Assembly (NCBI GenBank): GCA_964609655.1
Contig: CAZSUA010000001.1
Span: 11,839 to 75,838 of the forward strand
Origin: an uncultured Polyangiaceae bacterium
GTDB taxonomy: Bacteria > Myxococcota_A > Polyangia > Polyangiales > Polyangiaceae
Direction of reading: 5' to 3'
Length of the DNA stretch: 64,000 nucleotides
Shown: positions 47,682-58,212 of the stretch, piece after piece
Position numbering within the stretch: position 1 is the stretch's first letter
How the letters are laid out: the number at the start of each line of letters is the position of its first letter
Notes under the pieces: generated by a model
Seen by the model: the letters and a program-made list of their open reading frames with translations, nothing else
Told to the model about the DNA's origin: nothing
Database searches by the model: none
Translations under genes and position numbers: made by a program

Positions 47682-49670
47682 ATGAAACAACCAGGCTCCG
47701 CTCGCGCGCTCCAAACCATTCTTACGGCGCTTGCAGTCGCACTCCTCACCCTCGGCGTTATCCAACTGAACGCCATCGAAAAACGCGTTTCCACGCAGGA
47801 GCAACAGATCCGCGCACTCGGCGAATCCTCGGAGCGGATGGTGGGGGCGCTCGGACGGATGAAGGGTGGGGTCTCTTCATCCGGAGAGTCCAAAACCACT
47901 GCGCGAGCGCAATCTGGCTGCGAGATTCAGACGATTCGGCATCCAGAGCTCAAGGATTTTCTAGGGGCCCAGGACATACATTGGCCGCCTGAAGGGGCCA
48001 ACACCGAAGGAGTTCTGACCAAAGGTTGGTCGACTGGCGATCCGAAAGGCTTCAACGCTTTCCTGGAGAACGGTGCTGACATTGGCGAGGACATCGTCAA
48101 CTACACCGACCTAGGTCTGGCGTCCCGCAACAAATGGACGAACCCAGATACCTGGTACGGCGACCTCGCCTGCCGAGTTGAGATCACAGACGATTATAAA
48201 GAGTACACCATCTACCTTCGGCGCGGGGTCATGTGGCACGTGCCGGCCGCTGTCGACGTCAAGACTCCCAAATACGCTTGGCTTGACAAGCCGCACGAAT
48301 TTACCGCCGACGATTTGATTTTTGGTTTAGATATCTTGATGAATCCGCAAGTCGAGAACGGTTCAACCAAGAATTATTACCAAGAACTCGAGAGCTGGAA
48401 GGCGCTCGATCCCTACACCGTCCAAATTCGTTGGAAAAAGAAGGTGTACCTGGGGCTTGGGGCCACACTGGGAATGGCGCCCCTCCCCAAGTTTCTGTTT
48501 GGATATGACGAGCAGGGCAAGGCGTTTCCCAAGGAGACGATTGGTCTTCGCTTCAATCAGCACTGGTACAACGGCAAAGGCTACGTTGGAACAGGCCCGT
48601 ACCGCCTTTCCGAGTACGTTCCCGGCGTCCGCATCGTGCTGGAGCGCAATGACGACTTCTTTGGCGAGAAGCCAGCGATTAAACGCATCGTGTACCCCAT
48701 CTACACTGATCCAACCACCACCGTTCTGAAGATGAAGGCGGGAGAGCTGCAAATGGTTCCGAGCCGCGGCCTCAGTCCCGGTCAGTACCGTGAGGAAGTT
48801 CTCCGATATTTGGATAAACCGAAGGACACTTGGCCTAAGAATAGCCCCTTTCTGGACGGTACCATTAAGTGCAATGTCGTCGGATCGGGTGGGTTTAGAT
48901 ACCTCGGATGGAACATGAGCCATCCGTTGTTTCGCGATGCTAAAGTGAGAACGGCGATGACGTTAGCTCTTAACCGCAAACAGATCATCGCCAATGTCTT
49001 CGCGGGCCTTGGGGAGATCGCAATGGGCCCGTTCTTGCCGGCCACGGGTTATCTCGATCCGACTGTGGACCCTCTGGACTTTGATCTCGGACGCGCCAGT
49101 CGCCTCTTATCCGAAGCTGGGTGGGTTGATTCCGACAAAGACGGGCTCCTCGATAAGGTGATCGATGGCAAGAAGATGCCCTTTGAGTTCACTCTGCTCG
49201 TCTACGGCAATCGGCCTGAATACAAAGGATTGGCCAGTATCTTCAAAGAGGATCTGCTAAAAATTGGTATCAAGCTGAACATCGCGGCCCCTGAGTGGAG
49301 CCTCATGCAGAAGCGGATGGAGGAAAAGAATTTCGAGGCCTACACCGGAGGCTGGGGGCTTGCCTGGGAAACGGATCCTTACCAAATCTGGCATTCATCT
49401 CAGGCGGACATTCCGAAGGGTTCCAATGTTGTAAGTTTCCGAAGTAAGGAAGCAGACTCACTCATGGAGCGCCTGCGGGAAACCTTTGATCCCAAGGAGC
49501 GCCAGACGATGCTGCGTCGAATTCATCGTTTGATCTACGACGAGCAGCCTTACACATTTTTCATGACGGACAAGACTGTGGTGTGTACGCACAAAGACGT
49601 GCAAAATGTCAGCTTTGCCAAGGTGCGCCCCATCGCCGATCTCTTCCCTTGGTGGGTTGCCGCTAACTGA
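47682..49670 (+). CDS. ABC transporter substrate-binding protein, family 5 (OppA/DppA type), with an N-terminal TM anchor and coiled coil
   Basis: N-terminus ILTALAVALLTLGVIQL followed by heptad-like EKRVSTQEQQIRALGES. The rest is a family-5 SBP-like sequence of ~580 aa. First gene of a five-gene operon. Confidence 0.85.
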   Translation: MKQPGSARALQTILTALAVALLTLGVIQLNAIEKRVSTQEQQIRALGESSERMVGALGRMKGGVSSSGESKTTARAQSGCEIQTIRHPELKDFLGAQDIHWPPEGANTEGVLTKGWSTGDPKGFNAFLENGADIGEDIVNYTDLGLASRNKWTNPDTWYGDLACRVEITDDYKEYTIYLRRGVMWHVPAAVDVKTPKYAWLDKPHEFTADDLIFGLDILMNPQVENGSTKNYYQELESWKALDPYTVQIRWKKKVYLGLGATLGMAPLPKFLFGYDEQGKAFPKETIGLRFNQHWYNGKGYVGTGPYRLSEYVPGVRIVLERNDDFFGEKPAIKRIVYPIYTDPTTTVLKMKAGELQMVPSRGLSPGQYREEVLRYLDKPKDTWPKNSPFLDGTIKCNVVGSGGFRYLGWNMSHPLFRDAKVRTAMTLALNRKQIIANVFAGLGEIAMGPFLPATGYLDPTVDPLDFDLGRASRLLSEAGWVDSDKDGLLDKVIDGKKMPFEFTLLVYGNRPEYKGLASIFKEDLLKIGIKLNIAAPEWSLMQKRMEEKNFEAYTGGWGLAWETDPYQIWHSSQADIPKGSNVVSFRSKEADSLMERLRETFDPKERQTMLRRIHRLIYDEQPYTFFMTDKTVVCTHKDVQNVSFAKVRPIADLFPWWVAAN

Positions 49671-49685
49671 AGGCGGCCAAGGCGC

Positions 49686-51137
49686 ATGACGACGTATATC
49701 CTTCGGCGCCTCCTGATCATGATTCCGACTTTCCTCGGAATTTCTGTGATCCTTTTCCTCGTCTTGAACCTAGCTCCCGGACGACCCGGCAAACCCCAAG
49801 GCGATACGGCCTCGGAACTCAAAGGGCAAACAACCCAGGAATCCTATCGAATCTTTCGCGAGCAGTTCAATCTGGGCAAGCCAACGCTGCTGAATACCTA
49901 CTTTGCACTGTCCACCGCCGAAGTGGAAACCCGCCTCCGGATATTCGCGCAGATAGTCTCAGTATCCGTTTCAGAACGAATCAAAGCACAGGATGAGCTA
50001 GAGGATTATGGCAGTTATGCCGTGCCTCATTTGGTTGAGGTTCTGCAGTCAGCAACGACACACCACGATGCTAAGCTCCGTGATGTCGCCGTGTACTTTC
50101 TCAGCGTTACCGCTCAACGCCCACTCGTCGACCCGTACAATTCCGCGCCATCAGCCGAACTGACGAAACGCAACCACGCCATAGACTCCGAAAATTCCAA
50201 ACTTCGACTCCTTCGCTACCCGCTAGACGCGCCCGAATCCCAAAAGATCGAAATCGTGCGCGCGTGGCAAACTTGGTTCACGCAGAATCGCGACCGTTTC
50301 TCGTATTCCTTCACTGAGAAAGTCTCGATTTTTTTCACAGACACGCGCTTCGCGAAGTATTGGGCCAATTTGGTGCGGCTCGACTTCGGGATCTCGTTGG
50401 TTAGCAAGGAACCTGTATTTGAGACGCTGTTACGAAAGCTTCGTTACTCGTTGGGCCTATCCGTCGGCTCGCTCATCTTGGCCTATCTGATTGCCATTCC
50501 GCTTGGTGTGTTTTCCGCCGTAAGACGCGACACCACAGCTGATCGTTCGCTCACGGTTGGCCTGTTCATGCTGTATTCATTGCCTAGCTTTTTCGTGGCT
50601 ACGCTGCTTCTCTACTTTCTTTCGCAGGGCTCACCGTTTGAGAGCCTGCGGCTTTTTCCAACGGGTGGTTGGCAGTCCCAGAATGCGGCCCAAATGACCT
50701 GGTTTGAACAGATGGAGGACATTGCGTGGCATTTGGTGCTGCCGATGTTTTGCATGACTTATGGCTCGCTCGCGGCTCTTAGCCGCTACATGCGCTCGGG
50801 CCTGCTTGAGGTCATTCAATCGGATTATATTCGAACGGCGCGCGCCAAGGGCCTTCCGGAGATGAGCGTGATTGGTAAGCACGCCATGCGGAATGGGCTA
50901 TTGCCGATTCTGACTCTGCTTGCGGGGCTGTTGCCTGCGGTGCTCGGGGGCAGCGTGATCATCGAATACATCTTTGGCATCCCTGGGATGGGGCTCTGGG
51001 CCGTGGATGCTATCTACCAGCGTGATTACAATGTGATCATGGCGATTGAGCTCTTGTCGACGGTGCTCGTGCTCTTTGGCATCTTGCTCACCGATTTGAG
51101 TTACGCACTGGTAGATCCGAGGATTCGCTACTCATGA
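49686..51137 (+). CDS. ABC transporter permease (OppB/DppB type) with a ~150-aa extracytoplasmic insertion
   Basis: MTTYILRRLLIMIPTFLGISVILF N-terminus and the EAA-region block DYIRTARAKGLPE. The insertion lies between TM1 and the LDFGISL block. Confidence 0.88.
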   Translation: MTTYILRRLLIMIPTFLGISVILFLVLNLAPGRPGKPQGDTASELKGQTTQESYRIFREQFNLGKPTLLNTYFALSTAEVETRLRIFAQIVSVSVSERIKAQDELEDYGSYAVPHLVEVLQSATTHHDAKLRDVAVYFLSVTAQRPLVDPYNSAPSAELTKRNHAIDSENSKLRLLRYPLDAPESQKIEIVRAWQTWFTQNRDRFSYSFTEKVSIFFTDTRFAKYWANLVRLDFGISLVSKEPVFETLLRKLRYSLGLSVGSLILAYLIAIPLGVFSAVRRDTTADRSLTVGLFMLYSLPSFFVATLLLYFLSQGSPFESLRLFPTGGWQSQNAAQMTWFEQMEDIAWHLVLPMFCMTYGSLAALSRYMRSGLLEVIQSDYIRTARAKGLPEMSVIGKHAMRNGLLPILTLLAGLLPAVLGGSVIIEYIFGIPGMGLWAVDAIYQRDYNVIMAIELLSTVLVLFGILLTDLSYALVDPRIRYS

Positions 51138-52381
51138 CGCCGAACCAAGAGCAGGCTGAGATCGACTGGCAGAGGCTGTCTTACCTGAGCATGGTTTGGG
51201 GTCAGTTTAAAAAGAATCGGCTGGCTTTGGTCGGGCTCTATGCCGTGTTGGTATTGCTGCTGCTCGCGATCTACGCGCCATTTATTTCGAGTAACCAGCC
51301 ATTTTATCTGTCGGTTCGTGGGGATACGTCGTTTCCGTTTTGGCGTGGCCTGTTCAATCGGCTGCTCTACGAGAATGCGGTCGATATTCTATTCAACCTG
51401 GCGCTCGTGCTCTCGCCGCTCTACCTGGTCGCATTCGTATTGTTGAAGCGGGGCCTGGGCGCGCGGTTCTTTCGGCTCAGGGTGCGCGTCCTCGGTATGT
51501 TGGTCGGGTCGTTTTTTGCGCTCTACCTGCTGATGCTGCCCGAGAGCTTTCTAGCCTTTGATAACCCGTTGCATCGGAAGGAGAAGGTGACGAACTTCAC
51601 GCACGTGGTCCAAGAATTGGACGCGAAGCACGAGGCGTACGCTGCTTGGTTCCCTCCGCTTCGCTACGGATACCGAGACACTGATCCGGCGCGCAACGTT
51701 GAACCACCCACCCAAGCACATTGGCTTGGCACGGATACCGAGGGCAGGGATGTCTTCACCCGTATGCTGTTTGGCACGCGCATTTCGCTCACGATCGGTG
51801 TGGTTGCTGTATCGATCTATGTCGGCATTGGGCTCATTCTGGGAGCATTGGCTGGCTACTTTGCCGGCTGGGTGGACATGCTCATCAGCCGCTTGATCGA
51901 AGTCATGATTTGCTTTCCAAGCTTCTTTTTGATCCTCACGATTGCGGCTCTCATCGAACAACGCTCCATCTTCCATGTGATGCTGATCATTGGCGTCACC
52001 AGTTGGACTGGCGTTGCACGCCTCATCCGTGCTGAGTTCTTGAAACACCGCTCGCTCGAATATGCCCAAGCAGCGCTAGCCCTCGGGATCCCGCGTTTTC
52101 GCATCATGTTTCGACACATTTTGCCAAACGCGATCGCGCCGGTGCTGGTGAGCGCTACGTTCGGTGTGGCCTCCGCCATCCTGATTGAATCGAGCCTCGC
52201 CTTCCTCGGAATTGGAGATCTCACCGTGGCGAGCTGGGGTGAAACGCTCAACGCGGGGCGCCTGGAACAGAAGCTGTGGCTGATTCTTGCGCCTGGCTTT
52301 GCCATCTTCTTCGTGGTCAGCGTTTTTAACCTGGTGGGTGAAGGGTTGCGCGACGCACTCGACCCCAAGCTGAAGACATGA
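51134..52381 (+). CDS. ABC transporter permease (OppC/DppC type) with an extended N-terminal region
   Basis: HWLGTDTEGRDVFTRMLFG and EYAQAALALGIPRFRIMFRHILPN. Its start overlaps the upstream stop (ATGA). Confidence 0.88.
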   Translation: MTPNQEQAEIDWQRLSYLSMVWGQFKKNRLALVGLYAVLVLLLLAIYAPFISSNQPFYLSVRGDTSFPFWRGLFNRLLYENAVDILFNLALVLSPLYLVAFVLLKRGLGARFFRLRVRVLGMLVGSFFALYLLMLPESFLAFDNPLHRKEKVTNFTHVVQELDAKHEAYAAWFPPLRYGYRDTDPARNVEPPTQAHWLGTDTEGRDVFTRMLFGTRISLTIGVVAVSIYVGIGLILGALAGYFAGWVDMLISRLIEVMICFPSFFLILTIAALIEQRSIFHVMLIIGVTSWTGVARLIRAEFLKHRSLEYAQAALALGIPRFRIMFRHILPNAIAPVLVSATFGVASAILIESSLAFLGIGDLTVASWGETLNAGRLEQKLWLILAPGFAIFFVVSVFNLVGEGLRDALDPKLKT

Positions 52382-53415
52382 CGAACCTGCTTGAGCTGAC
52401 TGATCTTAAGGTGCAGTTTCGTACGGGTGCTGGCATCGTGCGTGCGGTGGATGGTGTCAGTTACACGATCGCGCCCGGAAAGACGCTCGCGGTGGTCGGT
52501 GAATCCGGCTGCGGCAAGAGTGTCACGGCCATGACCATCCTGCGGTTGATTGAAAAGCAGCGTGGCGAGGTCACGGCTGGAAGCGTGAAGTTCGAGGGGA
52601 GAGAGCTGCTGCTTTTGGACGACGAAGCGATGCGGGCCGTGCGCGGCAATGACATTGCCATGATCTTTCAAGAGCCGATGACGAGCCTCAATCCGGTCTA
52701 CACCATCGGTGATCAAATCGGAGAGGTGCTGGAGTTGCACCGCGGCATGCGGGGGGAAGAGCAACACGCGGAGATCCTACGCTTTCTGACGCTGGTGGGC
52801 ATTCCCTCGCCAGAACAGCGGCTTCACGAGTACCCACACCAACTTTCGGGCGGAATGCGCCAACGCGTCATGATCGCGATGGCCCTCTCGTGTCATCCGA
52901 AGCTCCTGATTGCCGACGAACCCACCACGGCGCTCGACGTCACCATCCAAGCGCAGATACTTACACTTCTTCGGGAGCTTCAGGCTGAGTTTGGCATGTC
53001 GATCCTGCTCATCACTCACGATCTTGGAGTGGTTGCATCCATGGCTCAGGATGTCGCGGTCATGTATGCCGGACGCATCGTGGAACACGGGACGGTGTTT
53101 GATATCTATGAGCGCCCCAAACACCCGTATACAGCGGGCCTCCTGCGTTCTTTGCCAACCTACGATGCAAGCGGAAGGCACCTTGAGCCAATTTTTGGCA
53201 GCGTGCCAGACGCGCTGAACCTGCCCAACGGCTGTCGTTTTCATCCCCGCTGCGGGTTCCGTGTAGAGAAATGCCTAACTATAGCTCCGCCTCTCGTTTC
53301 ACACGGTGGTGAACATGCAGCCGCCTGTTTCGTGACAGCGGAAGATCCCGCACTGGATCTCATGCAAAATAGCGGCGCTCCGTCACGGGGCGCGGGGGAT
53401 CCCAACCATGAGTGA
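52378..53415 (+). CDS. ABC transporter ATP-binding protein (OppD/DppD type)
   Basis: [35 protein letters not shown], and a C-terminal HPYT...GCRFHPRC tail. Confidence 0.92.
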   Translation: MTNLLELTDLKVQFRTGAGIVRAVDGVSYTIAPGKTLAVVGESGCGKSVTAMTILRLIEKQRGEVTAGSVKFEGRELLLLDDEAMRAVRGNDIAMIFQEPMTSLNPVYTIGDQIGEVLELHRGMRGEEQHAEILRFLTLVGIPSPEQRLHEYPHQLSGGMRQRVMIAMALSCHPKLLIADEPTTALDVTIQAQILTLLRELQAEFGMSILLITHDLGVVASMAQDVAVMYAGRIVEHGTVFDIYERPKHPYTAGLLRSLPTYDASGRHLEPIFGSVPDALNLPNGCRFHPRCGFRVEKCLTIAPPLVSHGGEHAAACFVTAEDPALDLMQNSGAPSRGAGDPNHE

Positions 53416-55078
53416 GCCACTCCTGCGCGTGCGCGGCCTCACCAAGCATTTCCCGGTCACTCGAGGCGTTTTTGGTCGCGTGGTGGGCCAAGTGCGAGCG
53501 GTGGATGATGTCTCTTTTGATCTAGCGCCCGGCGAAACACTGGCATTGGTTGGTGAATCTGGCTGCGGGAAAACAACCGTCGGCCGGCTCTTGCTTCGCC
53601 TGATCGAAGCCACCGCAGGCGGGATTGACTTCGAGGGCCGAGACATTCGCAGCCTGAGTCCGAACGCGCTTCGGCCGTTGCGTCGCGACATGCAGATCAT
53701 TTTTCAGGACCCATACAGCTCGCTCAACCCCCGCATGCGAGTGCTGGATATCGTGGGAGAAGCGCTGGCTGTCCACGGTATTGCGAAAGGCAAGGAGATG
53801 GAGGAGCGCGTGCAGAAGCTCCTCGAAAAAGTGGGCGTGGCTGCATCGTGGATGCACCGCTATCCGCACGAATTTTCAGGCGGGCAACGGCAACGCATCG
53901 GGATCGCGCGCGCCTTGGCCCTCAACCCGAAGCTCATCGTGTGCGACGAAGCCGTTTCCGCGCTCGACGTCTCGATACGCGCTCAGGTGATCAACCTTTT
54001 GATCGAGCTCCAACGAGAACTCAATCTTGCGTACCTCTTCATCTCACACGATCTATCGATCGTGAAGTTCATTTCACAACGCGTGGCGGTGATGTACCTC
54101 GGTCAGATCGTGGAGCTCGCGCCGACGGATGCGCTGTTTTCCCGCCCCTCACATCCTTATACTCGTGCGCTTTTGTCGGCCGTGCCGTGGCCGGACCCAA
54201 GGCGCCCTGTGCATAGCGTTGCCTTACACGGAGACGTACCGAGCGCATTGCGTCCCCCCTCGGGCTGTCGCTTTCACACGCGCTGCCCCGCCAGAATGGA
54301 GCGCTGCACAACCGAGGAGCCGCCAACCTTCGAACTTGAGCCTGGACACCAAACACACTGCTGGCATGCGGAAGGTCTAGAATCCCAGGCGGATTGGTGG
54401 GTTCAGCTGGAACGGCGATTTGCCGACGCAGAGAAGCAACTTGCAGCCCGCTCTTCAACTCCGAACACCGCATCTGAACGTTCGTCAACTCCTTCGACCA
54501 GGGCTCAAGCGAGTGCAAGCCCCACAACTAAGCCCATGCCTGCGAGTTCAGGCGTCACGAGTGACGCCGCCTTAGACGCGGACACTGATCTCGATCGTTG
54601 GGTGGCTCGCGTCATCTATGTTGCACTATTGCTGGCGGGAGCCACAGCGACGCTTCTCGGACACCCATTTTGGGGGTTTCCGATAGGACTGTGCGGCTTC
54701 GTAGCGCTGCTCGCGCCCGGTCAACGCTTTCGGCTCAGCGCGTATCGACGCTTCGGGTTAGGATTATTGGCTGTGATCTTGATCTCATTCGGGGTGAGGC
54801 AGCTTGAGCGACGCCGCACCGCGATCACACAGTTAGAATCCCTACAACGTGAGCTCATGGCCTACGTGGCGAAGACAGGTGAACCGCCCGTCCGACTTTC
54901 GGAGTTGGGTTTTCGACTCTACGCCATCTTTCCCGATGGAAATGCCACCGATCCCTGGGGGAATTCCTGGAAATATCGACCAGGAGTGAACCCGAAGCAG
55001 CGTTTCCAGCTCGGCAGCTTCGGCCCAGACAAGAAGCAGGGTACAGACGATATTGGAACCCCGCCGACAGCCCCCTAG
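53408..55078 (+). CDS. ABC transporter ATP-binding protein (OppF/DppF type) fused to a linker, three TM segments and a GspG-like pseudopilin domain
   Basis: The NBD motifs [24 protein letters not shown] and [12 protein letters not shown] run to about aa 325. After that comes an S/T/P/A-rich linker, three hydrophobic segments, and ...[12 protein letters not shown]...[18 protein letters not shown]. Confidence 0.85.
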   Translation: MSEPLLRVRGLTKHFPVTRGVFGRVVGQVRAVDDVSFDLAPGETLALVGESGCGKTTVGRLLLRLIEATAGGIDFEGRDIRSLSPNALRPLRRDMQIIFQDPYSSLNPRMRVLDIVGEALAVHGIAKGKEMEERVQKLLEKVGVAASWMHRYPHEFSGGQRQRIGIARALALNPKLIVCDEAVSALDVSIRAQVINLLIELQRELNLAYLFISHDLSIVKFISQRVAVMYLGQIVELAPTDALFSRPSHPYTRALLSAVPWPDPRRPVHSVALHGDVPSALRPPSGCRFHTRCPARMERCTTEEPPTFELEPGHQTHCWHAEGLESQADWWVQLERRFADAEKQLAARSSTPNTASERSSTPSTRAQASASPTTKPMPASSGVTSDAALDADTDLDRWVARVIYVALLLAGATATLLGHPFWGFPIGLCGFVALLAPGQRFRLSAYRRFGLGLLAVILISFGVRQLERRRTAITQLESLQRELMAYVAKTGEPPVRLSELGFRLYAIFPDGNATDPWGNSWKYRPGVNPKQRFQLGSFGPDKKQGTDDIGTPPTAP

Positions 55079-55084
55079 CTTCCC

Positions 55085-57100
55085 ATGTATCGCACCCTCA
55101 TCAGTGTTCTCTTGGCATTCGCTTTCACGCTGCTGCTGGTCGGTCTCACGTTCTCGGCTTCGCTGGATGCCGCGCCTGATTATCGCTTCATCAATGGCAC
55201 CGAGCCGAAAACACTCGACCCTCATCTAGCCACGGGCGAGCCGGAAAATCGTATCATCTCCGCTCTCTTTGAGGGGCTGACGCGCTACGACCCCAAAACC
55301 CTAGAAGCGGCGCCGGGAGTCGCTGAGCGCTGGACACTCTCTTCTGATCTCAAGACCTACACCTTCCACTTAAGGAAGAATGCAGTGTGGTCCAATGGGC
55401 GCCCAATCACGGCGGCAGACTTTATTTATTCTTGGAAGCGAGTGTTGGATCCGGCGTTAGGCGGTGAGTACGCCTACATTTTATTTCCGGTCCAATTCGC
55501 CGAAGCCTACAACGCCTACAAGTCCTACGCGGAGGCTATCCGAGGCCCCCTCAAGGCTAAGCTGGCTGCCCTCATCGAGAAGAACGATTCTATCGATGCT
55601 GCGCGATGGCAAAAGTTCTTGGCTGAAGCCGACGCGCACGGGCCCCTGAAGGCCACCGAGCAGAAGGTTCTGCGAGATCTTCTGACCTTCAAACAGGGCA
55701 GCTTGAATCGAGAACAACTGAACGCTTTTTCGCAAGGCCTGGATCTCGAAGCGAAGCTCCTCTTGGAGAAGAATGCAGAGGCACGACAGAAGCTGGGGAA
55801 AACAGCCGGGTTCATGGCGCCCGACGAGCACACGTTCGTTGTTGAACTCAAGGCACCGACTCCCTATTTTCTTGAAATCACCTCCTTTTATCCCAGTATG
55901 CCGGTTCCGCGTTTCGTGATCGAACAGCCGGGCAATGATAGCGACTGGTTCACACCAAAAAAGATTGTCAGCAATGGCCCCTTCCTGCTCAAAACCTGGA
56001 ACGTCAACGAACGGATCCGGCTCAATAAGAACTCAACTTATTGGGGCCACGCCGAGGTGCGCACCAACGCGCTGGATGTCTTGCCAACCGAGCAGCTGAC
56101 CACCTCTCTCAACATGTATCTCACCGGCGAAGCGGATTGGCTAACCAACAACCTCTATCCCAGTGATCTGGTGCAAGATCTCCGACGCCGAGCCGACTTC
56201 CACAGTGGGCCCGCCCTGACCGTCTATTACTATCGCTTCAACAATAAGAAGAAGCCCTTCAACGACGTTCGTGTTCGCCACGCGCTGAATTTAGCCGTCG
56301 ATCGGAAGCTGATCGTTGAACGAGTCCTTGGTCTCGGACAGTTGCCCGCGGTCAGCTTCGTGCCCCCCGGCATGCTGGGTTACGATTCGCCCCCGAGCAA
56401 GATTGGCCTAGATCTAGCGCTCGCGCGCGAGCTTTTGGCGCAGGCCGGATTCCCCGGCGGGCAGGGATTCCCTGAAGTGGGGATTCTTTACAACACGAAC
56501 GAGACGCATAAGAAGATTGCCGAAGTCATCGCCGATCAACTGAAGCGAAACCTCGGCGTTGCAGCCAAAGCCTACAACCAGGAATGGCAATCCTATATAT
56601 CGACCGTTCGGGGCCAAGGCTATGATATCGCGCGTGCGGCCTGGGTTGGAGACTACAGTGACCCTAACACGTTCCTGGACATGTGGGTAACCAACGGCGG
56701 CAACAACCAAACTGGCTTCAGCTCACCCATCTACGATCAGCTCATTGCGTACGCGGGAAACTTGGAGCCCTTTTTAGCCAATCCCGAAGGTCTGTTGGCT
56801 CACCTCAAGGAGCCGGCAATGATTCGCCAGGAGCTTGAAGGTGCACGCGCTGGTTCTGTGGCCCAGAAATCCGCGGCCTGGGGGAAAATCCGCATGCAAC
56901 TCATGCGAGAGGCCGAAAGCATCCTTGTCCAGGATGAGTTCCCAATCATGCCAATCTACTTCTACGTGAACTCAGATCTGGTGAATCCCAGGCTGCGCGG
57001 CTTCTACTCTGAGCTCGAGTTTCGAGACGGAAAGCGGGCACCGAACTTTAAGGGTATTCACCCGCTCCGAGATATCTGGGTAGAGAAGGGCCAACCATGA
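55085..57100 (+). CDS. ABC transporter substrate-binding protein, family 5 (second operon)
   Basis: Signal/TM segment LISVLLAFAFTLLLVGL followed by family-5 SBP-like sequence (NGTEPKTLDPH...). Confidence 0.88.
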   Translation: MYRTLISVLLAFAFTLLLVGLTFSASLDAAPDYRFINGTEPKTLDPHLATGEPENRIISALFEGLTRYDPKTLEAAPGVAERWTLSSDLKTYTFHLRKNAVWSNGRPITAADFIYSWKRVLDPALGGEYAYILFPVQFAEAYNAYKSYAEAIRGPLKAKLAALIEKNDSIDAARWQKFLAEADAHGPLKATEQKVLRDLLTFKQGSLNREQLNAFSQGLDLEAKLLLEKNAEARQKLGKTAGFMAPDEHTFVVELKAPTPYFLEITSFYPSMPVPRFVIEQPGNDSDWFTPKKIVSNGPFLLKTWNVNERIRLNKNSTYWGHAEVRTNALDVLPTEQLTTSLNMYLTGEADWLTNNLYPSDLVQDLRRRADFHSGPALTVYYYRFNNKKKPFNDVRVRHALNLAVDRKLIVERVLGLGQLPAVSFVPPGMLGYDSPPSKIGLDLALARELLAQAGFPGGQGFPEVGILYNTNETHKKIAEVIADQLKRNLGVAAKAYNQEWQSYISTVRGQGYDIARAAWVGDYSDPNTFLDMWVTNGGNNQTGFSSPIYDQLIAYAGNLEPFLANPEGLLAHLKEPAMIRQELEGARAGSVAQKSAAWGKIRMQLMREAESILVQDEFPIMPIYFYVNSDLVNPRLRGFYSELEFRDGKRAPNFKGIHPLRDIWVEKGQP

Positions 57101-58212
57101 TCGAGGCCATCACGATCCTGGTTGGCTTTGTCATCATCGCGAGCACGGCGTGGTTGGGCCCGAAATCCGCGAGGATCGCAGCTCCGCTATTGCTGGCCGG
57201 CATGCTCTACATTGGAGGGCGAGCCGGCTGGGGGCAGCTCACGGGAGTTATCTTGGCAGTGGGCGGCGGCGCGCTCGCCTATTTCTTTGCTCCCTTGCGT
57301 GTGTTGCGGCGCGTTGCCTTCCTCGTGCCCTCCCTGGTTCTCCTCATCTATACGACGACGCTGCTCATGTATCGCGCTCCCGGGAATCCATTTGCGGGAG
57401 AAAAGGTCGCGGATCCGCAAGTTGAGATGGCCTTGCGAGCTCACTACGGTGTTCCGAAAGACGCCACTCAATTCTTCTTTGTGTACATGCACCGGCTCGT
57501 CGTCGAAGGAACACTCGGGCCGTCGATCAAGGTTGCAGGTCGATCCGTGGAAGAGCTGATAGGCCCAGCGCTGCCAGTCAGTATTTCGATTGGCCTTTTG
57601 GCCTTGGCGCTGGCATGCGCCATTGGCTTAACACTTGGAGTGTGTGCGGGGCTCCGTCCTAACTCGCTTGCAGATTACGGCAGCATGACACTCGTTCTGT
57701 TCGGAATTTCACTGCCGAATTTCGTGATTGGAGCGCTTTTTATCATCATTTTTGCACTCAAGCTCGGTTGGCTTCCCGTGGCAGGCTGGGGTGGTTACCG
57801 GCACTTGATCATGCCTGCCTTTACGCTGGCCCTGCCGTACGCGGCCTATGTCGCTCGGCTCGCGCGCAGCGGTACCTTGGAAGTGATGCAACAAGATTTC
57901 ATTCGGACCGCTCGTGCCAAGGGCCTCCCAAGAAACATCATCGTCCTCAAGCATGCACTTAAGGGTTCGCTTCTCCCAGTCGTTTCCTTTCTCGGCCCAG
58001 CCGCCGCAGGTATCATGACGGGGTCTTTCGTCGTGGAAACGCTGTTTGGCGTGCCCGGCATCGGCCAATGGTTCGTGAAGGGTGCCATCAACCGAGATTA
58101 TTCGGTCGTGCTCGGGACAGCTATCATTTATTCCGGCCTCATCACGTCCTTCAATCTCGTCGTCGACCTGGCCTATGCATGGCTCGATCCCCGTGTGCGA
58201 GGGACCCTATGA
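57097..58212 (+). CDS. ABC transporter permease (OppB/DppB type) with extra N-terminal hydrophobic segments
   Basis: Contains the DFIRTARAKGLPRN block. Roughly 60 additional N-terminal residues carry hydrophobic helices. Confidence 0.88.
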   Translation: MIEAITILVGFVIIASTAWLGPKSARIAAPLLLAGMLYIGGRAGWGQLTGVILAVGGGALAYFFAPLRVLRRVAFLVPSLVLLIYTTTLLMYRAPGNPFAGEKVADPQVEMALRAHYGVPKDATQFFFVYMHRLVVEGTLGPSIKVAGRSVEELIGPALPVSISIGLLALALACAIGLTLGVCAGLRPNSLADYGSMTLVLFGISLPNFVIGALFIIIFALKLGWLPVAGWGGYRHLIMPAFTLALPYAAYVARLARSGTLEVMQQDFIRTARAKGLPRNIIVLKHALKGSLLPVVSFLGPAAAGIMTGSFVVETLFGVPGIGQWFVKGAINRDYSVVLGTAIIYSGLITSFNLVVDLAYAWLDPRVRGTL

